From Lama glama (lineage: Eukaryota): 64,000 nucleotides of DNA. How positions within the stretch are numbered: position 1 is the first letter of the stretch; the number at the start of each line of letters is the position of its first letter. Shown here one piece after another: positions 1 through 12,720 of this stretch. The stretch covers positions 1,552,001 through 1,616,000 of the forward strand of contig CM052818.1 of NCBI GenBank assembly GCA_028534125.1. The letters run 5' to 3'. Below the pieces are notes generated by a model. It ran no database searches and was not told the origin of the DNA. It worked only from the letters and a program-made list of their open reading frames with translations. The position numbers and the translations under genes are program-made.

Positions 1-1639
1 TTCACCATTTAAAAATGTAGACAATAGTGTTTATCCCACAGTGTTTCTGTGAGAGAGAAACATAAAAACACTTGGCATAGTAGCTGGAGCATACTTAAAT
101 CTTAAAGAAATATTTCTACTTCTAACTTGCACATGTTTTGCCCGCCATCACCAAATTTTCATATTATGAAAAGGACTTTTAAAGAATGCAATGCAGAAGG
201 AGTCAGGGACTAGGAACTAGACTAATTCATGTGCTGACTTACATACACAGATGTAAGAAACAATACGAGAAAACATGTACACTTCCTCCCACAACCCCCC
301 GCCCCATTCAATGTTACCTTTATAAAAACTCTAAACTAGAGACTAAAAACAAGGATGTATTACAGGTAGAAAGGCCTTTGTATACTCTTCCTTTTAGCAT
401 CTCTTTTCACGGAAGGGAAAACCCTTGGCCTAGGGCAGTTGAATTACTCACCTAAAGGCACGTAGGTAAATTGCAGAATTGGAAAAACTAAATGTAAATT
501 CTCTGTCTTGTGTTCTTTCCTCTATCAGTTGTCATTATCATTAAAACAGGTAAATTTATCAGACTACGTGTGAAGTCCCATTCTAAGCACTTACAAGTGT
601 TAAGTTAATTAGTGTATTATATTGTACCCTAAGATGGTTTATAATAAATACATGAACTTTATAACCTAATCAACTCATGGTTTTTCTTAATCAGTTTCAT
701 GGATGCTAGCAGAAGGCAAAAAAAAAACCCTGGTTCAGAGACAAAGGGCTTTATTACTAGTATCAACAGCAGCAGCCAGAGTAGCAGCACACTATACTTG
801 CACAAGTTCCCAGAGTCCCAAATTCCACATGGCAATGTGAAGGAGTCCATGATGTGTCTTGAAGGACACCTGTACACAAAGCGGTTTGCTCTAAAGGAGA
901 AGAACCCTGAGTGTAGGGAATCCAAATATCTTTATTCCATAGAAAAACATGGAACACGTCTGCTTTTTTTGTCTGGTGGGAGACATTATCCCTCCCTTAT
1001 AAATATGTTGACTACACAAACATCCTTGAAAAGATGGTCTGGAACAAAGTCAGTACCTCTGCTCACAAGATGTGCAAAGATGTAAGCCACTCATAACTGG
1101 CTCCCAACAGTCAATGCTTCGCATTCTACTGTAAGTAAGACCACAGCCACCTCCTCTATTTATATGTGTACTTATTATGTATTTGTTCATTTAAGTATCT
1201 GTTTACCATTAGTATAGACTCTGGTTTCCTATTTTTTCCCCCAATGAAAATACCCATACTCACAAATTCTCCAATTTTTTTGTATTTTCCATTAAGATTT
1301 TAAAGCCCAACTACTTTTTTAGCATGTTATTTTGTTGGAATAAATTACACTTGGGAATTTCTGAAAAATATAGGAGAAATCTAGAAAGACAATAGGCCAA
1401 ATGCAGCTAAAACTTAAGGTAAATGTCCTCAAGGCCCTCCTAAAATTGTGAATAATAGCGTGCTAACTTGTTAGCTTGCAAGTGGGTAAAATCTCAGACT
1501 CTTCATGGTTCTTCATTTTGCAGTCATTGTAATAAAGACATATTCAGGCAGGAATCATCACTAGACACTAAATCTAGTGGGGAAATTTTAGTAAGAAGTG
1601 GTCTATTTGTGTAGCCTTAAATTATCTCACCAGGATTAC

Positions 1640-2600
1640 TTATTAATAACAAGACAAAAATTGTAGTTAGACACCATCTTTACCAGGTGGTCAGAATTAA
1701 CATCACAATTGGGGATGATTGTGTGCCTCTGAGTGGGGTGCCCTGAGAGGGCTACAGCATTTCTTACGTGTACCGTTCTGACCTGGAGTGCATAACACGA
1801 ATCTAATTTATGAGGAAACATCACAGAAACTTAAAACGAAGAGCATTCTATTATGAGAGAGAGAGAAGAGAGAGGGAGAGAGAAAGAAAGGAAGGAAGGA
1901 AGGAAGGGAGGGTTTGTTTTTCAAAGATACCAGTCATAAAAGATATAGAAAAACTGAAAAACTGTTTCAGATTAAAGGGATCATGACAGCTAAATGTCCT
2001 AGACCAGGAATTGGCGTTTTTCTCTAAAGGGCCTGACAGTAAATATTTTGGGTTTTATGAGTCAGAAGGTCTCTGTCACAAACACTCAAGTTTACTGTTA
2101 TAGTTTAAAAGCAGTCAGACATAATATGTAAATGAGTGAGTGTGGTTGTATTCTAATAAAACTTGATTTGCATAAAAGATAATGGGATGGATTTGACCCA
2201 TGGCCCATGGTTTGCTGACCCCTGTCCTAGACTGAATCTTGTACTGGGGGAAAACAGGCTATAAAGAACATTTTTTTGGGTCCATTGACAAAATTAGAAT
2301 ATGGACAGTAGATCAGGAAAATGTTTTATTTTCTGAAATTGATAAATACTCTATAGTTATATAATAAATCATTCTTAGTCTCAGGAGATACACAATGAAG
2401 TATTTAGGAATAAAGAGATTTTATGTATATAACATACTTTCAGATGGCTAAAGAAAAATTATATGTGGAAAGAGCAAATGATAAAGGATATGGGGCAAAC
2501 TATTAACAGTAGGTGAATCCGAGTAGAGTATATGGTTTTTTTTTAATATTCTTAAACAGTTTCTCTATAAATTAAAAATACTTCCAAATAAAAAGTTAAG
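1640..2600 (+). mobile_element. Ancient L1 (L1ME/MC-like) 3' fragment, interrupted by a purine-rich repeat and a MER58
   Basis: Degenerate L1 3' UTR-like sequence ending in aaataaaaagttaa. Boundaries approximate. Confidence 0.55.
2005..2224 (+). mobile_element. MER58A-like hAT-Charlie non-autonomous DNA transposon
   Basis: cagg...cctg termini and a perfect 8-bp TSD tcctagac at 1997-2004 and 2225-2232. Confidence 0.85.
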
Positions 2601-3754
2601 AAGAGTTTATGTATTTATATATGTGAGTTTATATGTATGCACATAGCCCATAGGGAGAAAACTACACAAAATTTTTAGCTCCCTCACACTCTCTTGATAG
2701 ATACCTATAAAAAAAGAGAAATTAACCAAAACATGAAATGAAAATGAACATGTGTGATTGATGTAACAAGGGAAGCCAGCAGACATCATCCTTGGCCTAA
2801 TCTGAATGCACTTAGTTACCAAGCGGCTGTAGTCTAGGGACCAGAGGTTTTAGTGCGGTCTGAAAACGATGGTGGGAGCCACATTTTCCAGACTGTGAAA
2901 CACAGGGTACCTTGTTTAGTCAGCACAGTTTAGGTCAAATGTGGTTATGAAAAACAGATGAATTCTGGTGATCAAGTTGTACTTTGACAAATATTCCATT
3001 GTTTGAACATGCAGTAATTTCTGAAAAATGTGAAGCAGCCTGGACTGCAAAGATTGAGTTCTCTCTTCTCAACTCCCTTGCCTGCTCACAAAGGTCTTGT
3101 CATCATGGGGAGTAAAAATAACAGGGCAGAAGAGATACGTTAGATACCCTCATCTTTTTTTTTTTTTTTTCCTTTCCTTCCCTTTTCTTTTCATTTCTTT
3201 GCTCTTGCTGGCAAATTAAGCAGTTCTGGGCAGGCTGTTTTGTCAGCTGGAGGTCCTGCACTACTCTGGGCTATGGGAACAGTTTTTGTGCTTCAGTTCT
3301 AGTGATTATGGATACTGGTATATTGTAGTGTATTAGATACTTTGAGTTTATCCCATTAATAGAAAAATGGTACTTGAGGTTTAGTGAAACAGTTATATTG
3401 CAGTGGCTCCTCTGGCCATGACCTGAGAGTCACTATTTCATCCGGTGTCTGCCCCTAGCCCTAGAGGCTCATCCACAGAGCTGTGTTCCTAAAACTCAAG
3501 AACTAGAGTAATAGCATGGCAGGACAGAGATGCTTGATGCAGAGAACTTCATTCACGTAGAGTCAAGTCCTTTTTGATGGCTAATTTTTCCATGTATGTT
3601 TGTGTTGTACTTTTCTTGTTACTTCAGGGTCTTGTCTCACTTTACTTCGTTCATTCATCCATTCAATAGATATTTATTATGTAGTTATTGTATGCTGAGC
3701 ACACCATGCAGCCTTCTGCCTCTGGGTAGAATTTTCATTTTGGGTGATTTAGAC

Positions 3755-4092
3755 TTGTGCTGTTCAGTCTCATAGCCATTAGCCACATGTGGCTTTTGAG
3801 CACTGGAAACATGGTTAATGTGAATCAAGATGTAAGTATAAAATACACATCAGATTTCAAAGGCTTGGAGTATAAAATATTTCATTAATAATTTTTATAT
3901 TGAGTATCTATTAAAATAATAATATTTTAGATATATTGGGTTGTGTACTGTTAAATATTAATTATATAGAATATCAAAAATTATTAAATTTTATATAATC
4001 CTTTTTTTTTTTACTATTGCTTCTAGGAAATTTTAAAATTGTATATGTGGCTAACATTTGTGGCTTGCATTATATTTTCATCAAATGTTGCT
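3755..4092. mobile_element. MER33/MER3-like hAT-Charlie element
   Basis: Contains the tagccattagccacatgtggc and catttgtggcttgcattatatt motifs. Boundaries approximate. Confidence 0.7.
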
Positions 4093-6072
4093 GCTCATCA
4101 AATACGAACCCTGAATATTTTTTTCTCTTCTCTTTAATATGAAAAGATCCTGGTCATTTCTAATATTTGTATGTTTAACATCTTTCTATAAAAAACAATC
4201 AGCCACCGTTATTAAACGTTCTTTTTTTTCTTTTAGTTTTGATGATAGACAGTACATCTGAAAAATACTATCAATTCTTGTCAAATTGTTATGTCATTTA
4301 TGAATAAATTTAGAACCTTGATGAATGTTTCTGGGCAACCAGTACATTAATAACAAGCTGACATTTGTAAAAATGATGAGTATTGCCCAGAAACCTTGAA
4401 TGTAGTGTTTCATAAATTCTGCTAGGACTTTTATATAAGCTAGTAAAACCTTAAGGAAAGTTTCCTTTGTTTCTGTTGTTTTTTTAAACTATTCTAGCTC
4501 CAAGGAAGTAAGGTCATGATAGTTGCATATAATACAGTGAATTGTAAGATATGAAAGAAAGAAGAACTCATCTCTAATCTTGAACATTAAGTCATTTATA
4601 AAATTATGAGTGAGTACAAAATGGTGCAGCTCATGTTTAATACTTGTTTGTAAAGATTACCTTTGTTGCTGAAATCTATAGTGCGTGCTACTCAGAGGAG
4701 AATAGACTGAGGAAAATTTTTTGATGGCTGTCTGACTGTGTCATTGGAAATGCTGGTTCTTTCATGCCCTGGAAAGCTTCCAAGATACAATTATTGCAGT
4801 GCCCTACAGATGGCTTAATTTTTTAGAAGCTTGAAGTTAAATTTTCATTGTATACATTACAATGTATATATACTAGTGTTGGAGCCCTGCAGTTGATTGT
4901 GGCAATCTTATCATCTTTTGTCGTCATAGCCCCATGGTTTTGATTTATTTTGTCTTTCATTTGGTAAGTCATATTTGGTATTAGTGGCATATATGAATTT
5001 GGGAAAGTTTTTAATCTCTCTGAGTCTCAACAGTGGTATAGGTACTTTTCAGGGCTGTAGGGGCTTCTGTGACTTGACTTCTATGACTACCAGCAGGGAA
5101 CAGTCCTGATGAGGAATGAAGTTGTGGGCAACTTTAAGGGAGGGGAGAAACAAACAAACTGTAAAATTGCTTAAGCAGAGATAGAAGCATGACTTCTAGC
5201 CAAGAAGAATCACACTCATCTGGACAAGGCCAGCTCCATAATAGGAAGCCAGAATGGGAAATATCATACATACTTATTTCAAAGACACTTTTCTTATATG
5301 AATAAATATTAGGTTCATTTGAATGACATGTCATATATAGTAGAGCGGGTGCCTGTGTTGATAAGGGGAATGGGATTGGAATGGCACGTAAAAGAGAAAA
5401 AAATCAAAATGTGTAATACTACATGCTTCAACAGTATGTCTTTCTTGTACTGGGGTAGTTTTATAAAGTCAGTTCTTTGCAAGTGATGGCCTAATAAAAT
5501 GCTTCTAATTGAATGTCACATTATCAGAGCAGTCCCACTAGCACTTGTCAAAGGCTGCTGGGAATTTCCTGTAGCACTATTTTTACTCTGAAAATCTTGA
5601 CAGAATTGCCATAAAACACAGGTGGAAGACTTTGTGTACTTTTTCTTTCCTGCAGCTTGAAAAATCAGTAGTTCTTTTTAAGGTCACTGATGTACGTGTC
5701 AGGCCACACAAAGTGGTTTTCCTTATCTATTTTGGAGAATCAAAATCAAAAAGGAAAAAGAACTACTTGGTGAAAGTCTCAGCACCTTTGTAAATATAAA
5801 TGATATTGAGAAAGTCCTTGTTCTTAAAGAGGGAAAGAAGTGTAAATGATATGATTAGTAAGTTTCTACTCTTCATTTTAAGCCTTTCATCTCTAACCAA
5901 TGGATAAAACATTCTCTTATTAAAACAATTTTGATAGAAGTTCCCTGAAACCACACTAAGCCTGTCTACCTCCCCTGAAGTTTAGTCTGACTCAGTCTTA
6001 AAAGTTTGATTTTGAGGGAAGGGAGAGTTTCAGAAGGAAATCTTTTTCCATTTGTGGAGGAGAAAAAAAAAA

Positions 6073-6572
6073 NNNNNNNNNNNNNNNNNNNNNNNNNNNN
6101 NNNNNNNNNNNNNNNNNNNNNNNNNNNNNNNNNNNNNNNNNNNNNNNNNNNNNNNNNNNNNNNNNNNNNNNNNNNNNNNNNNNNNNNNNNNNNNNNNNNN
6201 NNNNNNNNNNNNNNNNNNNNNNNNNNNNNNNNNNNNNNNNNNNNNNNNNNNNNNNNNNNNNNNNNNNNNNNNNNNNNNNNNNNNNNNNNNNNNNNNNNNN
6301 NNNNNNNNNNNNNNNNNNNNNNNNNNNNNNNNNNNNNNNNNNNNNNNNNNNNNNNNNNNNNNNNNNNNNNNNNNNNNNNNNNNNNNNNNNNNNNNNNNNN
6401 NNNNNNNNNNNNNNNNNNNNNNNNNNNNNNNNNNNNNNNNNNNNNNNNNNNNNNNNNNNNNNNNNNNNNNNNNNNNNNNNNNNNNNNNNNNNNNNNNNNN
6501 NNNNNNNNNNNNNNNNNNNNNNNNNNNNNNNNNNNNNNNNNNNNNNNNNNNNNNNNNNNNNNNNNNNNNNNN
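6073..6572. other. Assembly gap (500 N)
   Basis: Run of exactly 500 N, which suggests a placeholder length. Confidence 0.99.
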
Positions 6573-6974
6573 TTAAACATAAAAAATATCAAAATTATTC
6601 CCCTTATATGGACTTTCTCATCAAACTGTTGCAAACTATTTTACAAAGGTAAAATAAAATGCACAGATATTTTTTAATATTCTGCTGTGGCTTTTTTATT
6701 TTTATACATTTAAAATGTATCTTGCTACCTTGCCTAAACAGTCATATTAATTAAAACAATTTTTAAATAAGGAATTTGTATGATATATTTTAATCAAAAC
6801 TGTCAATTACATTGAAACAATCTAAATTTGAAAATAAAAAGAAACTTCATGGAACAATCCAACTTCCTTTCCTTTCTTCGAACTGCAAAGTCATTATTTT
6901 GCAATTCAAATAAATTGCCTATATTTGGGGTGTCTATTTGGGGACAGTATTTACATACTAGCATATGTGCTCTA

Positions 6975-7198
6975 GATAAGGGTGGCAAACTATATAGTCC
7001 ATGGGACTAATCTGTTGCTTGTTTTCATAAATACTGTTTTATGGGAATACAGCTATGGTCACTCATTTACATATTGTCCATAGCTGCCTTCACACTTCAA
7101 CAACAGAACTGAAAAATAGATACAACAGAAACTGTGTGGCCTGCTAAGCCTAATACTTTACTCTTTGGCCCTTTCAGAAAAAGCTTGCCAGCTTTTGC
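6975..7198 (-). mobile_element. MER58-like hAT element
   Basis: gggtggcaaactat ... ggccctttcagaaaaagcttgcc resembles the reverse complement of the copy at 2005-2224. Confidence 0.7.
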
Positions 7199-7491
7199 TG
7201 ATTATTTGGTTCCTTCTTATCAAGAATGAAGAAACAAAACATCAACTATAATAAGATTAAAATTCAATGTTTTTCTCCCTTTATCCACAAAAAGTATTCT
7301 CCAACAATATAATGCTGAAACCAAGAGACATTCCTTTAACATCATCAGATAGTCAAAACTAAATCTTAAGAATTTTAAAAAAAGAAAAAGAATTTCCCAA
7401 AGAACGCTTGATAAATTTTCCAAGTCTCACAAAATTTATATAAAACATTGAAAGTGTATAAATTTAAATACACACACACACATATACCCAC

Positions 7492-7538
7492 CCAACAATC
7501 TGATTAAAATACTTCCTGTAACCGTCTAAAGTTTCATG
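7492..7538 (-). CDS. EXOC6B: EXOC6B coding exon (about exon 10), 47 nt, HETLDGYRKYFNQIV(G)
   Basis: Reverse complement reads tttattgcag|CATGAAACT...ATTGTTGG|gtgggt. It continues in frame from the 7932-8015 exon and ends in phase 2. Confidence 0.93.
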
Positions 7539-7931
7539 CTGCAATAAAGCAAAGAAGAAAAAAGTTACTGTTTCTGTTTCGATACATTAAGACAGTTAAA
7601 ATTAGCTAATTTCTTTAGGCTCAATTCCCAAGACTATATGGTAAATATAATAATATAACACATAAATATAAAATATAATAATAGTACTAATCCTACAGGA
7701 TTACAGTGAGGATGAAATGAGACAACACATAGAGACAGCAGCTTAGAGCAATGCCTGACACACAGCCATCGGTACATGTTAGCTGCTATTTTCTTTTTGC
7801 AAGTCACGTAAACCAAAAGTGGTCCCAGAATGACAATTTTTTAAAAACTAAAAGACATATATGCAAAATAACTAAAAGATACCAGAGAAGGAAAGTGAAA
7901 AAAGAGAGAAAAATGAAGGTGATGATCCTAC

Positions 7932-8015
7932 CATATTAGACGGAGGCTGGAGCACCAAACGAGCCTGTTTTCGCCTCTGTTTTCGGTAGTAGTTCTCGAA
8001 TGTTTCCCGGGCACC
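7932..8015 (-). CDS. EXOC6B: EXOC6B coding exon (about exon 9 by human numbering), 84 nt, GARETFENYYRKQRRKQARLVLQPPSNM
   Basis: Reverse complement reads gttttacag|GGTGCCCGG...TCTAATATG|gtagga. The AG/GT sites are canonical, the phase is 0-0, and the peptide is recognised as Sec15/EXOC6B. Confidence 0.95.
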
Positions 8016-8638
8016 CTGTAAAACAAACGAAAGAAAGTGGGTGGACACACCTGGACCAATTACTCTAGTATTTCATGGAAAAAGAGACGCTCCCAGGTCT
8101 GGAATTGAGGCAGCCCCACGTTTCTCAACATCTGCTATTTTAACAATGATAATCCCTGAAAAAATTAAAAGTTAAGTAATACCATTTATTGAAACTTACA
8201 ACTCCTTATAGAGATGGATACAAAAGATTCTTAAGAGGAAACTACCAGAACGCAACCTCCAACGCACCAAAGCTGGTTTCTGAATCAATTAGTACAAATT
8301 CACAAGAATGAAGACAAACCAACATTCTCATCGGTTATAGTAAGAGTTGACAAAATGGTCCTAAAAAACCTCACAGAACATTCCAGAGGAAAAATCCAGA
8401 ATGAAACCCAGTCTCAAATACATCATGAGCGAAGGGCCAAAGGGAGGCAAGGAAAAAGGCAGGAGCTAAGAACAATAGTCAGTCTTCCCAGATATAATAT
8501 AATCTAGCAGAGCATTAATCCAAAAAAGGAGAAACAAAGCCCTGGAAATTCTTAGTGCACAATTTCTACTTTTCATTTAGGGTTTCTGCGCTTAAAATGA
8601 AAAGGCGCTCTAGAGAACAAAAGCTAACTCATGAGCTC

Positions 8639-9095
8639 TATAATAGGGCTGAATAGCGTCCTCTCAAAATTCACGTCCTTCCCAGGACCTCACAATGTGA
8701 CCCTATTTAGAAATAGGGTCATTACAGATGTAATTACTTAAATTAAGATGCAGTCATACTACAGTAGGGCAACCCTTAATCCGACATGACTGGTGTCCTC
8801 ATAAGGAGAGGAAACGCTACAGGAAGGCAGAGACACAGGGAGAACACCGTGTGGCAGCACGGGCAGGGATGGGCGTGAGGCAGCGGCAAGCCACGGAACC
8901 CCAAGGGCTGCCGGCCACCACCAGGAGCTGGGGAGAGGCGAGGAAGGATTCCACCCAGAGTCCCAGAGGGAGGACGACCTTCTGAAATCTTGATTTTGGA
9001 TTTGCAGCCTCCAAAACTGTGACAGAACAACTTCTGTTGTTTTAAGCCATCTGGTTTGTGGTACTTTGTTACAGCAGCCCTAGGAAATTGATATA
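8639..9095 (+). mobile_element. MLT1 (ERVL-MaLR, MLT1C-like) solo LTR
   Basis: Typical MLT1 ends (ggctgaat...; ttgttttaagcca...gtactttgttacagcagccctaggaaa) and a 5-bp TSD agctc at 8634-8638 and 9096-9100. Confidence 0.88.
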
Positions 9096-9184
9096 AGCTC
9101 GAAGCTTTTAAAACATGATGCTCCCCTATTATTAAACGCTACTCTCAAGACCTTTCTACATAAACAGAGTCGAAAGGGAAAGAC

Positions 9185-9450
9185 AGCATTGCACAGTGGT
9201 TAACAGTACTGATTCTGGAATCAGACGATTTTATTAAAATTGTGGCTCTGCCCCTCACTAGCTGTTTAACTCAAACGACTAGCTATATAATTTCCCTTTC
9301 CTTAATTGAACTTCCACTATTTAACTCCCTAACTTTCAATAATAGATGCGCTATGTTTATTCATCTGTAGAGATGCCAACCTCATATGGTTGTTACAAGG
9401 ATTTAGAACAGTTACAAAGCTTTTAGAATCATTATGCAACTGTTTATTTA
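9185..9450 (+). mobile_element. MIR SINE remnant
   Basis: cagtggttaa...tctggaatcagac...ctctgcccctcactagctgt...catctgta...ggttgttacaaggatt core. Confidence 0.6.
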
Positions 9451-9642
9451 AACATAAATAAGATGAAATCAGAGATGAAAATTAAAGCCCTCGTGAGGAT
9501 AAACTCCATGCAACACCTAGTTCAGTTTCCTTCACCTTCCCAAAAATCTGAAGAAGTTTATTCAACATGACTTCTTTGTTAGATCTCTAAAACCGGGAAA
9601 GTTGATTTAAGTTACCAAAACATGCAAACTCAACAGCATAGC

Positions 9643-9961
9643 TTAAAGGTTGGCAAACGTTTTCTGTAAAGGGCAGCGTGGTAAATAGGCTTTGGTGAGC
9701 CACTGAGTCTGATGCAACTACCCAGCTCTGTCACTGTAGTGGAGAAGCAGCCGTAGACAGCACAAAAATAAGTGTGGCTATGTTCCCATAAAACCTTATT
9801 TGTGGAAACACATTAGAATTTCATATAATTCTCACCTCTCGTGAATTATTATTCCTCTTTCGATTTTTTACTAACCATTTAAAAATGTAAAAGTTCACAG
9901 GTCACACAGAAAGAGGCAATAGGCTGGATTCAGCCCAAGAGTCATGGTTTGCTGACCCCCA
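9643..9961 (+). mobile_element. MER58B-like hAT element
   Basis: ggttggcaaacgttttctgtaaaggg ... ggtttgctgacccc termini; longer variant than the 2005 copy. Confidence 0.75.
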
Positions 9962-11551
9962 GTGTAGCCTAAAAACAGGTTTTAAAATGCTCAAGTGATT
10001 ATAACTGTACACACCTGAATGTTTGTGTCTATAAAATGAAATCAAACATTAAGACAGCTATTTCAAGGCTTTCTTGGTCCGTAAGTTAATGAGGTAGCAA
10101 ATAATTCCATTTAAGAAATAAGAAGTGGAAACTGCCTGTTGGTTTGTTAAAGTTATTCCCCACTTGTCACCATTTCACAGCATAGTGATATTATTAAATG
10201 TCAATTACATTCTGTACACACTGAAGGGCTTTTCATTTTAAGGTTAACAGCCCTAACGGCCCTTTATTATTCTAGTGTGACGTTACACTTTCAACATACT
10301 TTGGAGCCAAGATACACTTAGCAGAGAATTTAGGGAAAGCCTTCTAATTAGACCACAGTATTCTAACTTAATTACTTGTTGTAAATGATAGAAAACATAC
10401 AAGGTGAAATTCTATATAAAAACCAAATCATGAACTTCTACTTAGTTCTAAACTATATACATTTTGCCTTTCGATAAAATTAAAACATAAGCAAACACCA
10501 ATTTGTCTATTAAGTCTAGGTTGCCCATTTACAAAAATGAGTTAGATTTTCCCTAGTGGATGCTAAATAAATTCACCTCTGATTATTCTATTTCCTTTGC
10601 CAATTTTGTCAACTCAACTTGCTTACAGGTGGAATTTGAGAAGTAGATGTCTGACCAAGCCAGCTGAGTAACTGATGAAGTGCCTGCCTATTCACAAGTA
10701 AGCCAACAGACAATAAACTGCAGAGTTTTGCCACTTCAGTTTCAAGCTCCTTTAATCACTAATACGAAAAAACAAAACAAAATCAAATAGAAAAAGGTCA
10801 TGTAAAAGCTATTCAAGGTATAAGCAAGTAGATATAAAATAATAGGTAGGCAAGTGAAAAATTGTTTTGTTTTTCATTTCATTAGTATCAAAGTGCTCCA
10901 ACAGCTATGTAAGGATTAATGAATTAATACACACAATAATCACAGAAAAGCTAGTCACTTAATGTATATTAAGTGCTTACCATGTGATAGCCACTGAGCA
11001 TCTCCTCACTAAAATTATAGTCTGTGTGTGTGTGTGTGTGTATGTGTTAGTGGGTAGAAGGAATGTCAGAGAAAGATTTTTAGAAAAAAATGACCTTTAT
11101 ACTCATAATTGAATAATAAGCCAGAAAAATAAGCTAGGTGAAGAAAGGGGGAAAGAAAGGTCCCTTGTAGAGACACAGAGGTTTAAGGAAAAAAGGCATC
11201 ACACAAGCCATGAATTAAAAGAAGTTCTTCATAGCTAGAACTTCAGGGTGTAAGGGAGAGGGATAAAAAGGGAGGAGGCTGAAGAACTTTGTCAATTATG
11301 TTAAAATATTTGGACTTCAACTCCAGTTTTAGACACTTGGAAGTTGTAATGCCGTGAGTATAAAGAAGGAAAAGAAAATTAGATACAAAAAGATCAGTCA
11401 GAATCTGACATATATTTGGGAGGTACAAGCTAATGATTGGATATACAAGGTAAAGGACATGAAGGAAGGAAGGCTGGCGTGAGGTTTCTAACCCAGCTCA
11501 CTGCTTTGATTGGTTCTTTCATTTAATGAGAGAGGATAACCAAAGGAATAT

Positions 11552-11812
11552 ATAGTCAATTGTTAATCATGGGTTCCAAGTTCACCAGCTTATCAAAATT
11601 TATTTGTAACCTCAAAATCAATACTTGTGGCACTTTCATAGGTATTCAAGGGTGTGTACAGAGTGGTGAAAATTTTGAGTTGCCCAACACACACGTTCCT
11701 AGCTGAGGTTGAACAAGGCAACACTCTGCCCTTATTTCAGCTCACATACTATAAACAATTATCCTTTTCATGGTCTATCTAGTGTCCCTGTTTTCAATTT
11801 TTTGTGCTTTTA
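11552..11812 (+). mobile_element. TcMar-Tigger non-autonomous element fragment (subfamily uncertain), truncated by an L1
   Basis: aaaatttatttgtaacctcaaaatcaatac ... agctgaggttgaacaaggcaacactctgcc, recognised as Tigger-type sequence. Confidence 0.6.
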
Positions 11813-11814
11813 AA

Positions 11815-12720
11815 AAAAATGAGATGTAATTAATAAATTATTATATTAGTTGCAGGTGTCCACCTAATATAATATACTGTATTTGTATATACTACGAAAT
11901 GATCACCACAATAACTCAAGTTAACATCGATCACCACATAGTTACATTATTTTTCTTGTGATGAGAAATTTTAGGATCTACTCTCAGCAAATTTCAAATA
12001 CATTATACAGTATTATTAACTATAGTCACTATACTGTACATTACATCCCCAGGGCTTATTTATTTTATAACTGGAAGTTTGTACCTTTTGACTACCTTCA
12101 TCCAATTTCCTCAGCTCCTACACACTACCTCTGGCAACCACCAATCTGTTCTCTGTATCTATGTGTCCCAATGGGTTTTGTTTGTTTAGATTCCACATAT
12201 AAGTGAGTTACTACAGTATTTGTCTTTCCCTGTCTGACTTGGTTCACTTAGCATAATGCCCTCAAGGTCCATCCACGTTGTTACCTATGAAAAGATTTCA
12301 TTCTTTTATATGACTGAATAATATTCCATTGTGTATATATACCACATCTTCTTTATCCATTCATAAACCAATGGATACGAAGATTGTTTCCATATCTTGG
12401 CTATTATAAGTAACACTGCAATGAACATGGGGATACAGACATCTTTTCAAGTTGGTGTTTGTTTTCTTTGGATAAATGCCCAGAAGTGGAATTACTGGAT
12501 CATACAGTAGTTTTAATTTTTTGAGGGACCTCCATACTGTTCTCCACAGTGGCTGAACCAATTTTCATTCCCACCAACAGTGCACAAGGGTTCCTTTCCT
12601 GTCACATCCCTGCCAACACTTGTTATTTCTTGTCTGTTTGATAATAGCCATTCTAACAGGTGTAAGGTGATAGCTTATTGAGGTTTTGATTTGCATTTCT
12701 CTGATGATTAGTGATGCAGA
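11815..12720 (-). mobile_element. L1 3' end (ORF2 C-terminus remnant plus 3' UTR)
   Basis: Minus-strand ORF 12361..12561 (VQPLWRTVWRSLKKLK...YDPVIPLLGIYPK) is the L1 ORF2 C-terminal motif. Confidence 0.9.

Noticed and set aside
699..1085. 128-aa ORF
   Set aside because: No recognisable domain or splice context; consistent with a chance intronic ORF.
4237..4265. C/D-box snoRNA-like ttttTGATGA...CTGAaaaa
   Set aside because: Only about 25 nt between the ends, too short for a snoRNA.
5966..6677. Long ORFs of 174-223 aa (and likewise 23383-24003)
   Set aside because: Artefacts of translating through N gaps.
7492..8015. A separate antisense gene or processed pseudogene
   Set aside because: The exons retain an intron, do not duplicate any + strand exon, and supply the upstream part of the same EXOC6B protein.
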